Of a stretch of 29,328 nucleotides of DNA, positions 17,167-26,871 are shown piece after piece; positions within the stretch are counted from its first letter, which is position 1; every line of letters starts with the position of its first letter. Origin of the DNA: an uncultured Pirellulales bacterium (lineage in GTDB: Bacteria; Planctomycetota; Planctomycetia; Pirellulales; S012-138); the NCBI GenBank assembly GCA_964445985.1, contig CAYUMU010000083.1, forward strand, positions 1-29,328, written 5' to 3'. The notes beneath the pieces were generated by a model that saw only the letters and a program-made list of their open reading frames with translations, was not told the origin of the DNA and searched no databases. The position numbers and the translations under genes were made by a program.

Positions 17167-18647
17167 TGACTACTGTGTTTCAACGCTGGATTCTGCTGGC
17201 CCTTGCAACCCAAGTGATGACGTCGACCTGTGCCGATTGCACCGCCGCGGAGAGCGTCGACGAGCTCGGCGGAGCCAGAGGTCAGTACGCTTCTTTGGAT
17301 GCTGCCCCAGATCACCTGACGACCTACAAAGACGGTAAGACGCTACGGGTCACGGGCGGTTCTGCCGCTCCATTCTACACTTTTGATCAGGGCAAAGTCC
17401 GACTTACAGGCAAAGAGGGTTCCACGGCCACATTTTCAGGTAGATCTACGGGTTGGGGATGTATGTATACGGTCTACGGAGTGTATGAGGGAGGCTTTGG
17501 AGAATTTGCTCCTGAGCGCCTTATTGCTCGTTGGGAGAATCGTTTCGAGGATGCTGATGAACCCCGAATTGTGCTTATTGTTAACGAGCCTGGTCCTAGC
17601 GACGACATTGTGCTTCTGGGAGAAAACGGAGGTGAACTCCGGCTTAGCATCTTTGGGTTTCCGGGGGCCGTAGATGTGAGTTTGTCGGTAGCACCTCAGG
17701 GAAAGCTGGCCAGTTTTCCGGAATCCGTTATGGTAAGCTATGGTTCGGCAACAAGCGTCGTACTAAATGGACAAGCGGGTGGTCAAGTGACAATCACGGC
17801 AACCGCCACGATCAATAACGAAGAGGTCTCTGCGTCCATCAATGCAAGAATAGTCGGGTATCGTCCGTCAATTAATCCTGAAGACGACTTCGCTCAGCGA
17901 AGCCACCAGAAACTCGGTGTGGGTGAAACGGGCACCTTAGGGGTTGATCCTGCGCCAGGAACCGATATCGGTGAACTCACACTGACATGGACCATTGCCG
18001 CCGGCAATGGCCTATCACTTGCAAACGTCCATGAAACCAATGGCACGGCTGATTTCACGGCGGGGAATGTCGCAGGCGAGGCCACCATTGTTTTGGCTGA
18101 CTCACTCGGCAATGAATTCAGTACGACGGTACATGTAATCGAGCCAACTGCAGTGGTCCAGGAAATGTTTCGGCACGGAAAACAGTCGGGTGCGGGTATA
18201 GCTCACCAGATGAGGGCATACATGGACCTTTTTTCCTATCTGCGGCCAGCAGATGTCAGTTTTTGGAAAATCCAGGTGATTGAAGATGAATGCCCTGCCA
18301 TTGGAACAGGCAGCCAATTGAATGCAACCAACAACCCTGACGATGACCATGCTCGGTGGAACCACTGGGTTGATGTGGGCAAGGGGGATTCTTCAAAAGG
18401 CTGCTTAGTTTTGGGCCCCGGGATAGTTTCTAGTGACCCAATTAAGTATTACGATCAAGCTGGACTCTTGATAGACACTAACTACGTTGAGCCCGGAGCA
18501 TTGATGTGGAATATCCCTTGGCTTTACAAGATCGGCAATATTCAAGACAGGCAGTTCGCAACGGCAACTCAAATTTTCACATTCCTTGGCGATAGGGTCA
18601 GGGTGTTTAAGCAAGGGGTGCAAGTCGAAAAAGGCCCCCCCTGGTAG
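17166..18647 (+). CDS. Secreted protein with a bacterial Ig-like (Big_2-type) domain and a C-terminal domain of unknown function.
   Basis: Signal peptide MTTVFQRWILLALATQVMTSTCA. Big_2-like segment GVDPAPGTDIGELTLTWTIAAGNGLSLANVHETNGTADFTAGNVAGEATIVLADSLGNEFSTTVHVIE. Translationally coupled to the TPR gene. GC about 50 %. Confidence 0.6.
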   Translation: MTTVFQRWILLALATQVMTSTCADCTAAESVDELGGARGQYASLDAAPDHLTTYKDGKTLRVTGGSAAPFYTFDQGKVRLTGKEGSTATFSGRSTGWGCMYTVYGVYEGGFGEFAPERLIARWENRFEDADEPRIVLIVNEPGPSDDIVLLGENGGELRLSIFGFPGAVDVSLSVAPQGKLASFPESVMVSYGSATSVVLNGQAGGQVTITATATINNEEVSASINARIVGYRPSINPEDDFAQRSHQKLGVGETGTLGVDPAPGTDIGELTLTWTIAAGNGLSLANVHETNGTADFTAGNVAGEATIVLADSLGNEFSTTVHVIEPTAVVQEMFRHGKQSGAGIAHQMRAYMDLFSYLRPADVSFWKIQVIEDECPAIGTGSQLNATNNPDDDHARWNHWVDVGKGDSSKGCLVLGPGIVSSDPIKYYDQAGLLIDTNYVEPGALMWNIPWLYKIGNIQDRQFATATQIFTFLGDRVRVFKQGVQVEKGPPW

Positions 18648-18961
18648 AGTTGCTCCGGTTGTTGATCAAGGGCGACAACATCGAGACCGCGGCCGAAACT
18701 CGTTAAATCGTTGAGGTGCCAAAGCGACGTAATCGTGTATTTCGGTAGAATTGTAGCGGCTGCGCCTAGGAATTCACAACGACAAATCGCGAAGCCCCTA
18801 GAGTATGGAACCTAAGCTGTAGTCCTGCCGACCACTTAAGCGGAAACTACAGTTAGTTGCACAAAGTCAAAACCGGATGGCCCTTCCTTCGGAAGAGGTC
18901 GGCAAGAGGTCCGGCGATCCGCCCCTGTTGGGTTGGGCAACTTTTAATGAGGCTCTGGAAG

Positions 18962-21928
18962 ATGGCAACCTGTAGAGTAATGCTGCGGCTGTTTATGGTC
19001 GTGATTGGCAGTTCAAATTGTGTCGCTCGTTGCGAGGAGGCATTAAGTGACCATTCCTTGGTTTCCAGTCAGCTTGAGAAGATTGATGAATTAATTGAAG
19101 CGGGGGACGCGAATGCTGTCATCGGTGCTATTGCTGAACTGGAGGCAAGGCTTGACTTGCCAGAGAAACAGTATTTAGAACGTGCTCGTCTGGTGAAAAT
19201 GTATTTGCAGAAAATAATGTGGTCGCCCGTCGCAAAGCTGGACACCGTCAATATTGCGGCCGCGAAACTTGCTCTTCACGCATTGCGAACGGCTACTTTC
19301 AATAGTTTGGCAGATGGAGATCTCTTGGAGCAACACCTGGAAATCGTGCTTGTTCACCTGCCACGGACTAGTTTGAATCGTCACGAATTGGCCATGGCCT
19401 CATTGCAAGTATGGAATGGATTGGAAGTCGCAACGGTGAATGCAGATACGGAATTAAAGTCGTTTGTAGTGCTGGACGTGCCAGTCCCTGGACCGGAGTT
19501 CAAAGGTCGGTTTTTTTGGGGAATGAAACCGGACGCAATTAAGGATTCGGAATTTAGAGACCGCTACGTGGCATATCTGCAAAACCAAGCTCAGTACAGT
19601 GTATTGCTGGCGAAGTATCGTCATCTCACAATACTTCGCGACCGCTACATCAAGCGTCTGAAGGAGGTACTCAAGGTAGCTTATCCAGATGATGAAGCCG
19701 GTCACGCGAAGGGTCTCGCGACGATCGAAGAGCATATTTCTAATCCGGAGGTGCGGAGCGACTTACTGAGAATCGTTCGCAGGCTCGACGCGGAAGTTCC
19801 TGCAGATCGCATAAAGGTGCAAGCCGACATAAAGTGGATTCCCGCTAGAGATCCTACGACGGGGCCAATCAACACGCTGACTCTCTCCGTGCCCGCGCGT
19901 AAGGATGCGGTGATCGTACGCGGGCGATTTCGCTCTCAGTTCTTACCGGTTATTGAGGCGATCGCTAATGAGTTCCCCTCTGGCGATAAACTGCAAATTG
20001 CGTATGATGACCATTCTTCGCTCGGTTGGTTCTGCGATCCAACGGCCCCTTTCGACGTGCTGGTCCACGAAGGCAGGCTCACTGCGCACGACCAACGCTC
20101 GCTAAGCCGTAGTTTCCCACCGGATTCGCGGCAGCCTGAGGTGGTACTCGTTGGACAGCGTCGAGTGTATGTGGTTGTCCACAAAAGTAATCCGATATCC
20201 TCGCTGTCGTTGGTTGGAATGGGCAAGATCCTGGGAGCAGCAAAGGAGGGTTCTAACTGGTCAGAATTCGGTGGCGGAAGAATTCCAATTCGTTGTTATG
20301 GACCTCTCGATGGGACCTGGCCTCGTTCTTTTGTGAGGCAAAGGTGCATGAACTCTTGGCGAGACACCGAACAGCCCGGCATCCGCCAGCAGCAAATCGA
20401 AAATTATCGCGATGATATTGTCCCGTGCGCCGACGGAAAGGAAGTGATTTCGAAAGTTCGGGCAGATCGCAACGCAATGGGCTTCTTCGCCTGGGACGAA
20501 CAACTTAACGAGGAGGACTTCGCCTCAGTCAAGATCCTCTCAATCGCAGATGAGGCTGCAGGTCCGCCGGTAAGGCCGTCGATTGTTCCAGAGATCGAAC
20601 AATTTTATCCGCTGGCGGAATCCGTCACCCTGTACGCTCACCCCTCCGCGCCGCTCCAGGCCCATCTGTTTTGCGAATTCGCAGCGGGGCCAGAAGCCGC
20701 CAAGATTGCGAGACAAATGGGTTTGTGGACGCCGATCGATGTGGAACAACGACTGAGTGCCCAGCGCCTAGAAGATGCCAAGGCTGGTCTCGGCGAATCA
20801 ATCAGCGTTCTTGGCTTGGTCAGTAGCGAGAAGCTTGCTCGCGACCTGGCGCTGGAATACGTCGAAGCGAGCGAGGTTGTACAGCTAAACTTTCAAAGAT
20901 CCTCGTCGGAAGTTTCGGCTATCGAGCGTTATTTATCGGGGTCGGCGGATCTGCTGATTTTGGAACGAGAGCCACCAAGTTCATTGCTGGAGTTCTTCGA
21001 TGAGCATAAGCGGTGTGCTTTAGGTCAGACAGCTCTGGGCGTCATCGTACATCCCGAACTTCCTGCCGATTCCTTTTCTCTGGATGACCTTCAGATTATC
21101 TGCCGTCGACAGATCAAAAAATGGCCCGGAGGCTCGCCGATCACGGGATATGGACTTCCCTTCAGCGAACCCGTTATGCAAATCTATCAGCAACACTTGG
21201 CACCGCCTCCAGGTGCCGGAACGGGTTCGCTCCGACTCACGGCCCATCCCAGCACGATCCAAGTGATGGCCGCGGTGGCGCGCGATCCCGCAGGCATTGG
21301 ATTTGTGGACCTTTACGATTTGCCCCAGGATCACGCCTCGGTAAGGCTGCTTGGGATCGTTCTCGACAAGGACACAGTAGTGCAGCCGGCACCGGGATTT
21401 GTACCGGAGAACTATCCCCTCGTGAACCACTACGTGTTATACGAATCCCCGACAGCGGGAGAAGCCGCCAAGAAAATGGCGGCCTGGCTGGCCGAGCATC
21501 CCTGCGAAGAGGTGCTTAAGCAGCATCACCTGATTGCACCCTTACGACCAGAAGCCACCACTACCGGGCCACTACCAGAAGCATTGGCCGTTGCGGCATC
21601 GAACCCGAACCCCGAAAACCTTGTTGAGCAAAAGACAACCGTGCGTCGCATGTTCGAACTCTCAGAAGGCTCCGCAGCAACTTCCGGTGCTGGTTCGCAT
21701 GGTCAAGATGTATGGACTCCATCGGATGCGTCGGCAGAGGGCACCGGGAATTCATCCACAGACGCGACACGATCAAGCAATGGGGATTCAAGCGTGCTTG
21801 TGGGTTTTCAAATGCCGCCGAATGAGCTCTTGTGGGCGATTGGTGGATCGTTTGCTTTATCGGTGGTTTTCATTTTCCTGGGCAGTCGCAAGTCCAAAAT
21901 CCGCGCACTGAGAGATCGCCGTTCTTAG
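18962..21928 (+). CDS. Roughly 990-aa C-terminally membrane-anchored protein with two PstS/SphX-like (PBP_like_2, phosphate-binding-protein fold) domains. Start uncertain among 18857, 18947 and 18962.
   Basis: Signal-like N-terminus MATCRVMLRLFMVVIGSSNCVA. Domain 1: VYVVVHKSNPISSLSLVGMGKILGAAKEGSNWSEFGGGRIPIRCYGPLDGTW. Domain 2: LGVIVHPELPADSFSLDDLQIICRRQIKKWPGGSPITGYGLPFSEP...VDLYD. C-terminal Ser/Thr-rich segment then TM helix LWAIGGSFALSVVFIFLGSRKSKIR. AT-rich third-codon positions, unlike the rest of the window. Confidence 0.6.
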   Translation: MATCRVMLRLFMVVIGSSNCVARCEEALSDHSLVSSQLEKIDELIEAGDANAVIGAIAELEARLDLPEKQYLERARLVKMYLQKIMWSPVAKLDTVNIAAAKLALHALRTATFNSLADGDLLEQHLEIVLVHLPRTSLNRHELAMASLQVWNGLEVATVNADTELKSFVVLDVPVPGPEFKGRFFWGMKPDAIKDSEFRDRYVAYLQNQAQYSVLLAKYRHLTILRDRYIKRLKEVLKVAYPDDEAGHAKGLATIEEHISNPEVRSDLLRIVRRLDAEVPADRIKVQADIKWIPARDPTTGPINTLTLSVPARKDAVIVRGRFRSQFLPVIEAIANEFPSGDKLQIAYDDHSSLGWFCDPTAPFDVLVHEGRLTAHDQRSLSRSFPPDSRQPEVVLVGQRRVYVVVHKSNPISSLSLVGMGKILGAAKEGSNWSEFGGGRIPIRCYGPLDGTWPRSFVRQRCMNSWRDTEQPGIRQQQIENYRDDIVPCADGKEVISKVRADRNAMGFFAWDEQLNEEDFASVKILSIADEAAGPPVRPSIVPEIEQFYPLAESVTLYAHPSAPLQAHLFCEFAAGPEAAKIARQMGLWTPIDVEQRLSAQRLEDAKAGLGESISVLGLVSSEKLARDLALEYVEASEVVQLNFQRSSSEVSAIERYLSGSADLLILEREPPSSLLEFFDEHKRCALGQTALGVIVHPELPADSFSLDDLQIICRRQIKKWPGGSPITGYGLPFSEPVMQIYQQHLAPPPGAGTGSLRLTAHPSTIQVMAAVARDPAGIGFVDLYDLPQDHASVRLLGIVLDKDTVVQPAPGFVPENYPLVNHYVLYESPTAGEAAKKMAAWLAEHPCEEVLKQHHLIAPLRPEATTTGPLPEALAVAASNPNPENLVEQKTTVRRMFELSEGSAATSGAGSHGQDVWTPSDASAEGTGNSSTDATRSSNGDSSVLVGFQMPPNELLWAIGGSFALSVVFIFLGSRKSKIRALRDRRS

Positions 21929-22020
21929 GCACTTGGCCTGTTGTTGCCGCGGACTGTCACTTGATGCACCATATAGTAAACCGGCGAATGGTGGCCCGGG
22001 GTACACTTGCGGCGGATTCT

Positions 22021-22049
22021 GAAAAAAGAGGCCATCAACAGCGCGTTGA
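22021..22049 (-). terminator. Weak intrinsic-terminator candidate for the HEAT-repeat gene (short hairpin tcaac...gttga followed by T6 on the minus strand).
   Basis: On the minus strand: stop at 22054-22056, hairpin at 22049-22035, T-run at 22028-22021. Stem only about 5 bp. Confidence 0.25.
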
Positions 22050-22053
22050 GAGA

Positions 22054-22731
22054 TTACTTCCAGCCAAACAAGCGTTCGGCGATTGAGCGTTCTTTTTGCG
22101 GCAGGTCGCTGCCGCGGGCCACTTCGGCCCAAACCTTGGCGTCGCGCGCGTAGTATTTGCCCGTGGCGATTTCGAGGGAATCGATGGTGGAATCGACGAT
22201 GGCCGGGTTGGGGTCGTCGAGGGCGATGGCCAGGGCGGTTACGGCCTCGGGGGTTTTGAGGTTGCCTAGCCCTCGGATGGCGGCCATGCGCACGGCCAGG
22301 TCTTTTTCGCTTTCGACCACGCGGGCCAAAGCGCGGGTGTTATCGGTCCCGCCCTGGGCCGAGAGGCCCTTCACGGCCACGAGGCGAACGTATTCGTCTT
22401 CGTCGCTGATCGCTGCCTGCAGCACCTTGGCCCCGGTGGGCGAAGGCAGCACTTCCAGGGCTTGCACGATGTGGGTGCGGAGGATGGGGTCTTTGGTTTC
22501 GCGAATTTCGGTGGCCAGTTGTTGGGCGAGCTTCTCTTTTTCTTCGGCCGGTTTGCGGCGGCCCGACGCAGCCAGTTTCTGGTAGCGTTCGATCTTTTCG
22601 TGGGGCAGCTCAAAGTCGGCCACGTCTTGCTTCTCCCAGAACAAAACGCCGGGCGGCACGCCAGCCGATCGACAACCGGCGGCTGCGAGTAGCAGGCCCA
22701 ACATCAGGTGGTGGAGAATAGTACGTGGCAT
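22054..22731 (-). CDS. Lipoprotein with PBS-lyase/HEAT-like repeats.
   Basis: Lipobox MPRTILHHLMLGLLLAAAGC. Repeats IVQALEVL..., YVRLVAVKGLSAQGG, DLAVRMAAIRGLGNLKTPEAVTALAIALDDPNPAIVDSTIDSLE. ATG 22731 chosen for the signal peptide; the ORF is open to 22953. Confidence 0.7.
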   Translation of the reverse strand: MPRTILHHLMLGLLLAAAGCRSAGVPPGVLFWEKQDVADFELPHEKIERYQKLAASGRRKPAEEKEKLAQQLATEIRETKDPILRTHIVQALEVLPSPTGAKVLQAAISDEDEYVRLVAVKGLSAQGGTDNTRALARVVESEKDLAVRMAAIRGLGNLKTPEAVTALAIALDDPNPAIVDSTIDSLEIATGKYYARDAKVWAEVARGSDLPQKERSIAERLFGWK

Positions 22732-23203
22732 ACGCTCGAGTAGGTCTCGTACAAAGGCGAATAAGAACGGAGCGATTCGACTGAGGACCGGGAAAGGCGG
22801 CGGAGAGTAGCAAAGGACTTGGATCGGAACCAGACGGCTTTTGGCCGCGCGAACCAACTTTTGTTCAATTCTCCAGTGGCGCCAGATCGATGCCCGCCAT
22901 TGAGGTGTGCTAGCGGCGAAGTCGCCGCCAGGGGGAAGTCGCCCCCCGCACATTCCAAGCTTGGGCAGTCTCAGCCGAATACCCTATCGGGACACGGGGC
23001 GCGCGAACTTCAGGAAGGATTGGCAAAGCTTGACGATTCTTCCTTCTTGGGGAGCAGCCAACGGTTGTGCTATCATGCAATCGGTGCGCGGAAGCTTGCC
23101 GGATCGGCGAGCCCGCCCATCCACGTCGATCGTTCTGAGATACCGGCCGGACACGGCGAGCCACGTTCCGACGCCCCCCCTAACTTTGCCTGGGAGTTTT
23201 CGT

Positions 23204-23719
23204 ATGCCCGACCCGATAGAACATCTCGAAAACCGTCCCTGGCTGGAGCGGATCCTCGGCCATATTCCCGGCTTCTCTGGCTACCTGCAGCGCGAGCGCC
23301 GCCGCGAGGCCGACGCCCTGCAACGCAACTTTCTGGCAGACCGCTTGCAGCGTTCGAAGCGGGCCATCGACACGGTGACTCGGGAACTGACAGCCCGGGG
23401 GATGATCGACCTGCTGGGCGATTTCGACCGGCTCCGGGGCCAACTCGATAAACTCATGGCGCAAATCCGCGGGGCCATGCACGGTTACAGCGGGTTTTTT
23501 GACCTGGTGCAGATCGATGAGAAGGCGCTCGACCGCGTGTACGAGCACGACGCCGACATGCTCGACCGCGTGGAAGAGCTGGCCGAAATGATCGAAGACC
23601 TGCCGCGGGAACGCGACCCGGCGGAGATTGCCGGCCGCGTGCAAAAGTGCCGCGAGCAGGCCGACGAGGTCGAACGGGTGTTTGCCATGAGGGCAGAAAT
23701 CCTCCAAGGCCTAGACTAA
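23204..23719 (+). CDS. 171-aa coiled-coil-rich, acidic hypothetical protein immediately upstream of the SPFH gene.
   Basis: ATG 23204 with GGGAG 8 nt upstream. Heptad-like LQRNFLADRLQRSKRAIDTVTRELTARG and C-terminal EELAEMIEDLPRERDPAEIAGRVQKCREQADEVERV. No recognisable catalytic motif. The ORF is open to 22907, but that extension overlaps the divergent promoter region. Confidence 0.5.
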   Translation: MPDPIEHLENRPWLERILGHIPGFSGYLQRERRREADALQRNFLADRLQRSKRAIDTVTRELTARGMIDLLGDFDRLRGQLDKLMAQIRGAMHGYSGFFDLVQIDEKALDRVYEHDADMLDRVEELAEMIEDLPRERDPAEIAGRVQKCREQADEVERVFAMRAEILQGLD

Positions 23720-23757
23720 CGTCAGCCCCAGTCACCAGCTACCAACCGAATGAGAAA

Positions 23758-23820
23758 AGTGCGGAGTGCGGAATTCGGAGTGCGGAGTTGAAGACGGGAA
23801 TCGTTTGTTGGTGCTGGGCC
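23758..23820. repeat. Second copy of the CGGAGTG-heptad element (cggagtg cggaatt cggagtg cggagtt gaagacggg...gctgggcc), 114 nt upstream of the SPFH gene start.
   Basis: Aligned by eye with 48-126. The downstream spacer also shares ttgcaa and cccgac(g/a)cg with 145-162. Confidence 0.55.
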
Positions 23821-23933
23821 GCTTTGGATTGCAAATTGAGCATGGGAGTAAGACTGCCAACGACCCGACACGAACTACCAACCCCCAGCAACCAGCCACT
23901 AGCAACCAGCCCCCCCCAACCAGGATCTACGCC

Positions 23934-25352
23934 ATGGGCCTTCGCTTGGAAGTCATTCAATACTTTGACAACACGAACAACTCGCTGGTGCATCGCATTC
24001 CGCCTGAAGGCTCGGCCGACATCAAGTACGGGGCCCAGCTGATTGTGCAGGAGACCCAAGAAGCGGTGTTCTTCCGCGACGGCAAGGCCATGGATAAGTT
24101 TGGGCCGGGCCGCTACACGCTGACGACGATGAACGTGCCGATCCTCACGCGGATTCTCACGATTCCCTGGCAAAAGTCGCCGTTTCAGGCGCAGGTGTAT
24201 TACATCGGGAAGCAAACCTTCCTCGACCAGAAATGGGGAACGCGCCAGCCGATTGCCTTCCGCGACAACGATTTTGGGATCGTGCGGCTCCGCAGCTTTG
24301 GCAAGTACTCGTTTCGCGTGGTCGATAGCACGGTGCTGCTGAACACGCTGGTCGGCACGCAGGGGAAATACACCACCGACGACATCACCAGCTTTTTGCG
24401 CGATATGATCGTCAGCCGGATGACCGACCTGCTGGGCACGCTGGGCATCAGCATGCTCGATTTGCCCAGCCGGTACGATGAGGTCGGCTCGGCGACGCGT
24501 GCCAAGGTTTCCGAGGAGTTCGCCAAGTACGGCCTGGAACTGGTCGACTTTTTTATCAACGCGATTACTCCTCCGGAAGAGGTCCAAAAGGCCATCGACC
24601 AGCGGAGCAGCATGGGCGCGATTGGCAATCTGAATGCGTTCATGCAGTACCAGGCGGCGCAAAGCATGGCGAAAATGGCCGAACGCGGCGGGGATGGCGG
24701 GGCCATGGGAATGGGCATGGGCGCCGGTTTCGGGATGATGGTGCCTGGCATGATGCGCGACGCCATGGCCAACCAGGCCGGCTATGGCCAAGGGGGTTAT
24801 CCGCAAGCGGGTCAACCATCGCAGCAGCCGGCTCCGCCCCAGCCATCGCAGCCCACTGCCAGCAGGCCGCAGCGGGTGCAGCCGCCTGGCGGCTCCAGCG
24901 ATATGTTCGCCGACCTGGCCGGCAGTCCCGCCGCAGCCGCTCCCGGCAATCCCCGCGACATGGTCCGCACCATTGCGGAATCGGCCGGATACCGCCTGGC
25001 GGCTTCGGGCAATGCGATGGACATTACCGTGCCCATCGGGACCATGCGCAAGCAGGTGGTGCACGTGGAGTTCGGCGGCAGCGACGACGAAGGGCACGAG
25101 ATCATTCGCTTCCACTCCATTTGTGGGCCGGCCAACGAGCGGAACGCGATGCAGTTGCTTCGCTACAACACCAAGATGGTCCACGGCGCGTTCGCCGCGG
25201 TGCAACAAGGCCAAGAAGAAAAGATCGCCATCCAGGCCAACCTGCTCACCGAAACGGCCGACCCGCTCGAAGTCAGCCGCACGTTGGCGGCGGTTGCGTG
25301 GCAAGCGGATCGGGTGGAGGAGAAACTGCTGGGTGGGCAGGATCAGTATTAG
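23934..25352 (+). CDS. SPFH/band-7 (stomatin/prohibitin-family) domain protein with a Gly/Met/Pro/Gln low-complexity linker and a C-terminal alpha/beta domain, possibly YbjN / T3SS-chaperone-like.
   Basis: N-terminal region matches bacterial SPFH proteins without an N-terminal TM ([39 protein letters not shown]...; later [31 protein letters not shown]). Linker [23 protein letters not shown]...[15 protein letters not shown]. The C-terminal about 130 aa ([19 protein letters not shown]...[16 protein letters not shown]...) is assigned only by pattern resemblance. ATG 23934 chosen; the upstream in-frame stretch is C-rich low complexity. Confidence 0.65.
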   Translation: MGLRLEVIQYFDNTNNSLVHRIPPEGSADIKYGAQLIVQETQEAVFFRDGKAMDKFGPGRYTLTTMNVPILTRILTIPWQKSPFQAQVYYIGKQTFLDQKWGTRQPIAFRDNDFGIVRLRSFGKYSFRVVDSTVLLNTLVGTQGKYTTDDITSFLRDMIVSRMTDLLGTLGISMLDLPSRYDEVGSATRAKVSEEFAKYGLELVDFFINAITPPEEVQKAIDQRSSMGAIGNLNAFMQYQAAQSMAKMAERGGDGGAMGMGMGAGFGMMVPGMMRDAMANQAGYGQGGYPQAGQPSQQPAPPQPSQPTASRPQRVQPPGGSSDMFADLAGSPAAAAPGNPRDMVRTIAESAGYRLAASGNAMDITVPIGTMRKQVVHVEFGGSDDEGHEIIRFHSICGPANERNAMQLLRYNTKMVHGAFAAVQQGQEEKIAIQANLLTETADPLEVSRTLAAVAWQADRVEEKLLGGQDQY

Positions 25353-25414
25353 TGTCCCTTTCGCGTGGAAAGCAGCGGGCGCGAAACTCTTTTGCTCCCT
25401 TCTCCCCCGGAGTA

Positions 25415-25459
25415 CCGGGGGACTCCCTCGCTAACGCGTCGGGTTATGAATCCGCGGCG
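25415..25459. repeat. Second copy of the hairpin 3'-half element, 63 nt downstream of the SPFH gene stop.
   Basis: 38/39 identity to 187-224. The 5' arm of the hairpin is absent here; only a small local ccccgg/ccgggg inverted repeat precedes it. Confidence 0.65.
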
Positions 25460-25545
25460 GATACGAACTCGCGGCTTTCATCGGCCCGGAAGCGTACCGA
25501 ATTACGGAGAGCTATTCTCCGCCTGTCTTATAAAGGAAACCGCTT

Positions 25546-26337
25546 GTGTCTGAACCCGAACTGAAGGCCCGGCTCGATTTGGCCTTGACCGCAGCCCACG
25601 CGGCGGGCGAGATCACGCTGCGTTACTTCCAGCGCGACAACTTTGAAGTGGAGTGGAAGCAGGACGCCTCGCCGGTGACCGTGGCCGACAAGGAGTCGGA
25701 AAAGTACCTCAGGGCCCAGATCGCCGCCAACTTCCCCGAAGATGGAATTCTAGGCGAAGAGTTCGGCGAACAGCCGGGAACCTCGGGCTATCGTTGGATT
25801 CTCGACCCGATCGATGGCACCAAGTCGTTCATCCACGGCGTGCCGCTGTATGGCACGCTGATTGGCATTGAGCGGGGCGACCGCTGCCCGATCGGCGTGA
25901 TTCACATGCCGGCCCTGAACCAGCGGGTTTATGCCATGCAAGGCGGCGGGGCCTGGTTTCAAGATGGGAATAGCCCCGCCGTTCCTGCCCGCGTGAGCCA
26001 AACGGCCGAGTTGAGCAAAGCTTTGTTTCTCACGTCCGAGGTAGAAGGCTTCAATAAGGTCGGCCGGTTCGAGGCATTCACGGCTTTGCAGGCCGCGGCC
26101 GGGCTAACCCGCACCTGGGGCGATTGCTACGGATACCTGCTGGTAGCCACGGGCCGCGCCGGGGCGATGGTCGATCCCCGCATGAGCGTATGGGACGCGG
26201 CCAGCATGCAGCCCATCCTGGAAGAAGCCGGCGGCACGTTCACCGACTGGGAGGGGAAGCCGACCATTCACTCGGGCAACGGCGTGGCGACCAATGGGTT
26301 GCTGCTGGAGCAGGTGTTGAAGCATACAAGGTGTTGA
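25546..26337 (+). CDS. Inositol-monophosphatase-family phosphatase (IMPase / histidinol-phosphatase HisN-like).
   Basis: WILDPIDGTKSFIHGVPLYGTLIGIE and WDAASMQPILEEAGG motifs. GTG start 8 nt after AAAGGAAA. Confidence 0.85.
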   Translation: MSEPELKARLDLALTAAHAAGEITLRYFQRDNFEVEWKQDASPVTVADKESEKYLRAQIAANFPEDGILGEEFGEQPGTSGYRWILDPIDGTKSFIHGVPLYGTLIGIERGDRCPIGVIHMPALNQRVYAMQGGGAWFQDGNSPAVPARVSQTAELSKALFLTSEVEGFNKVGRFEAFTALQAAAGLTRTWGDCYGYLLVATGRAGAMVDPRMSVWDAASMQPILEEAGGTFTDWEGKPTIHSGNGVATNGLLLEQVLKHTRC

Positions 26338-26357
26338 AGCATACAAGGGGGCAATGA

Positions 26358-26696
26358 ATGGGATCTAACTCCAGGCTACACGTCTGCGGGCTTGTGATCT
26401 TTCTCGCTGGCGTACTCGCGGTGGCGCCGCACAACGAGGCGTGTGCGCACGAAGACCAGCCCAGGTATTTTCATTGGATTGGTTTTGGCAGTCTTCCGAC
26501 GCAAATGGAGGACATCGTGGAGCATATCCACGTCGAGGCCTGGTCACGCGGCTTGATCAAATACCCGCCCAAAATCGAGCGCCAGTTCCAAGAGATCAAA
26601 CAGTTGATCTTGGAAACGATCGTCTTCACCCACGATTGGATGATTGAGCCGCAGCCGGCGCCAAGACCCAAGAATCAGTGTGGCGAATCCCACTGA
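26358..26696 (+). CDS. Small secreted hypothetical protein (112 aa).
   Basis: Signal peptide MGSNSRLHVCGLVIFLAGVLAVAPHNEA. AAGGGGGC about 8 nt upstream. No recognisable domain. Confidence 0.4.
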   Translation: MGSNSRLHVCGLVIFLAGVLAVAPHNEACAHEDQPRYFHWIGFGSLPTQMEDIVEHIHVEAWSRGLIKYPPKIERQFQEIKQLILETIVFTHDWMIEPQPAPRPKNQCGESH

Positions 26697-26871
26697 GCTA
26701 GAGGCGCATTCAAGCCCGGCGAGCTCCCACTCGCGGCCACGGTGGATTGACGGCCCTTAAGCATTCAAGGAATCCCTTACCATCCATTCGGTGCAAACAA
26801 TGAAACTTGCCAGGTTCTGGAAAATAGAGCATCCCGCAGTCGTGCTTTCGCTTCTGATAGCCGGACCCCGT

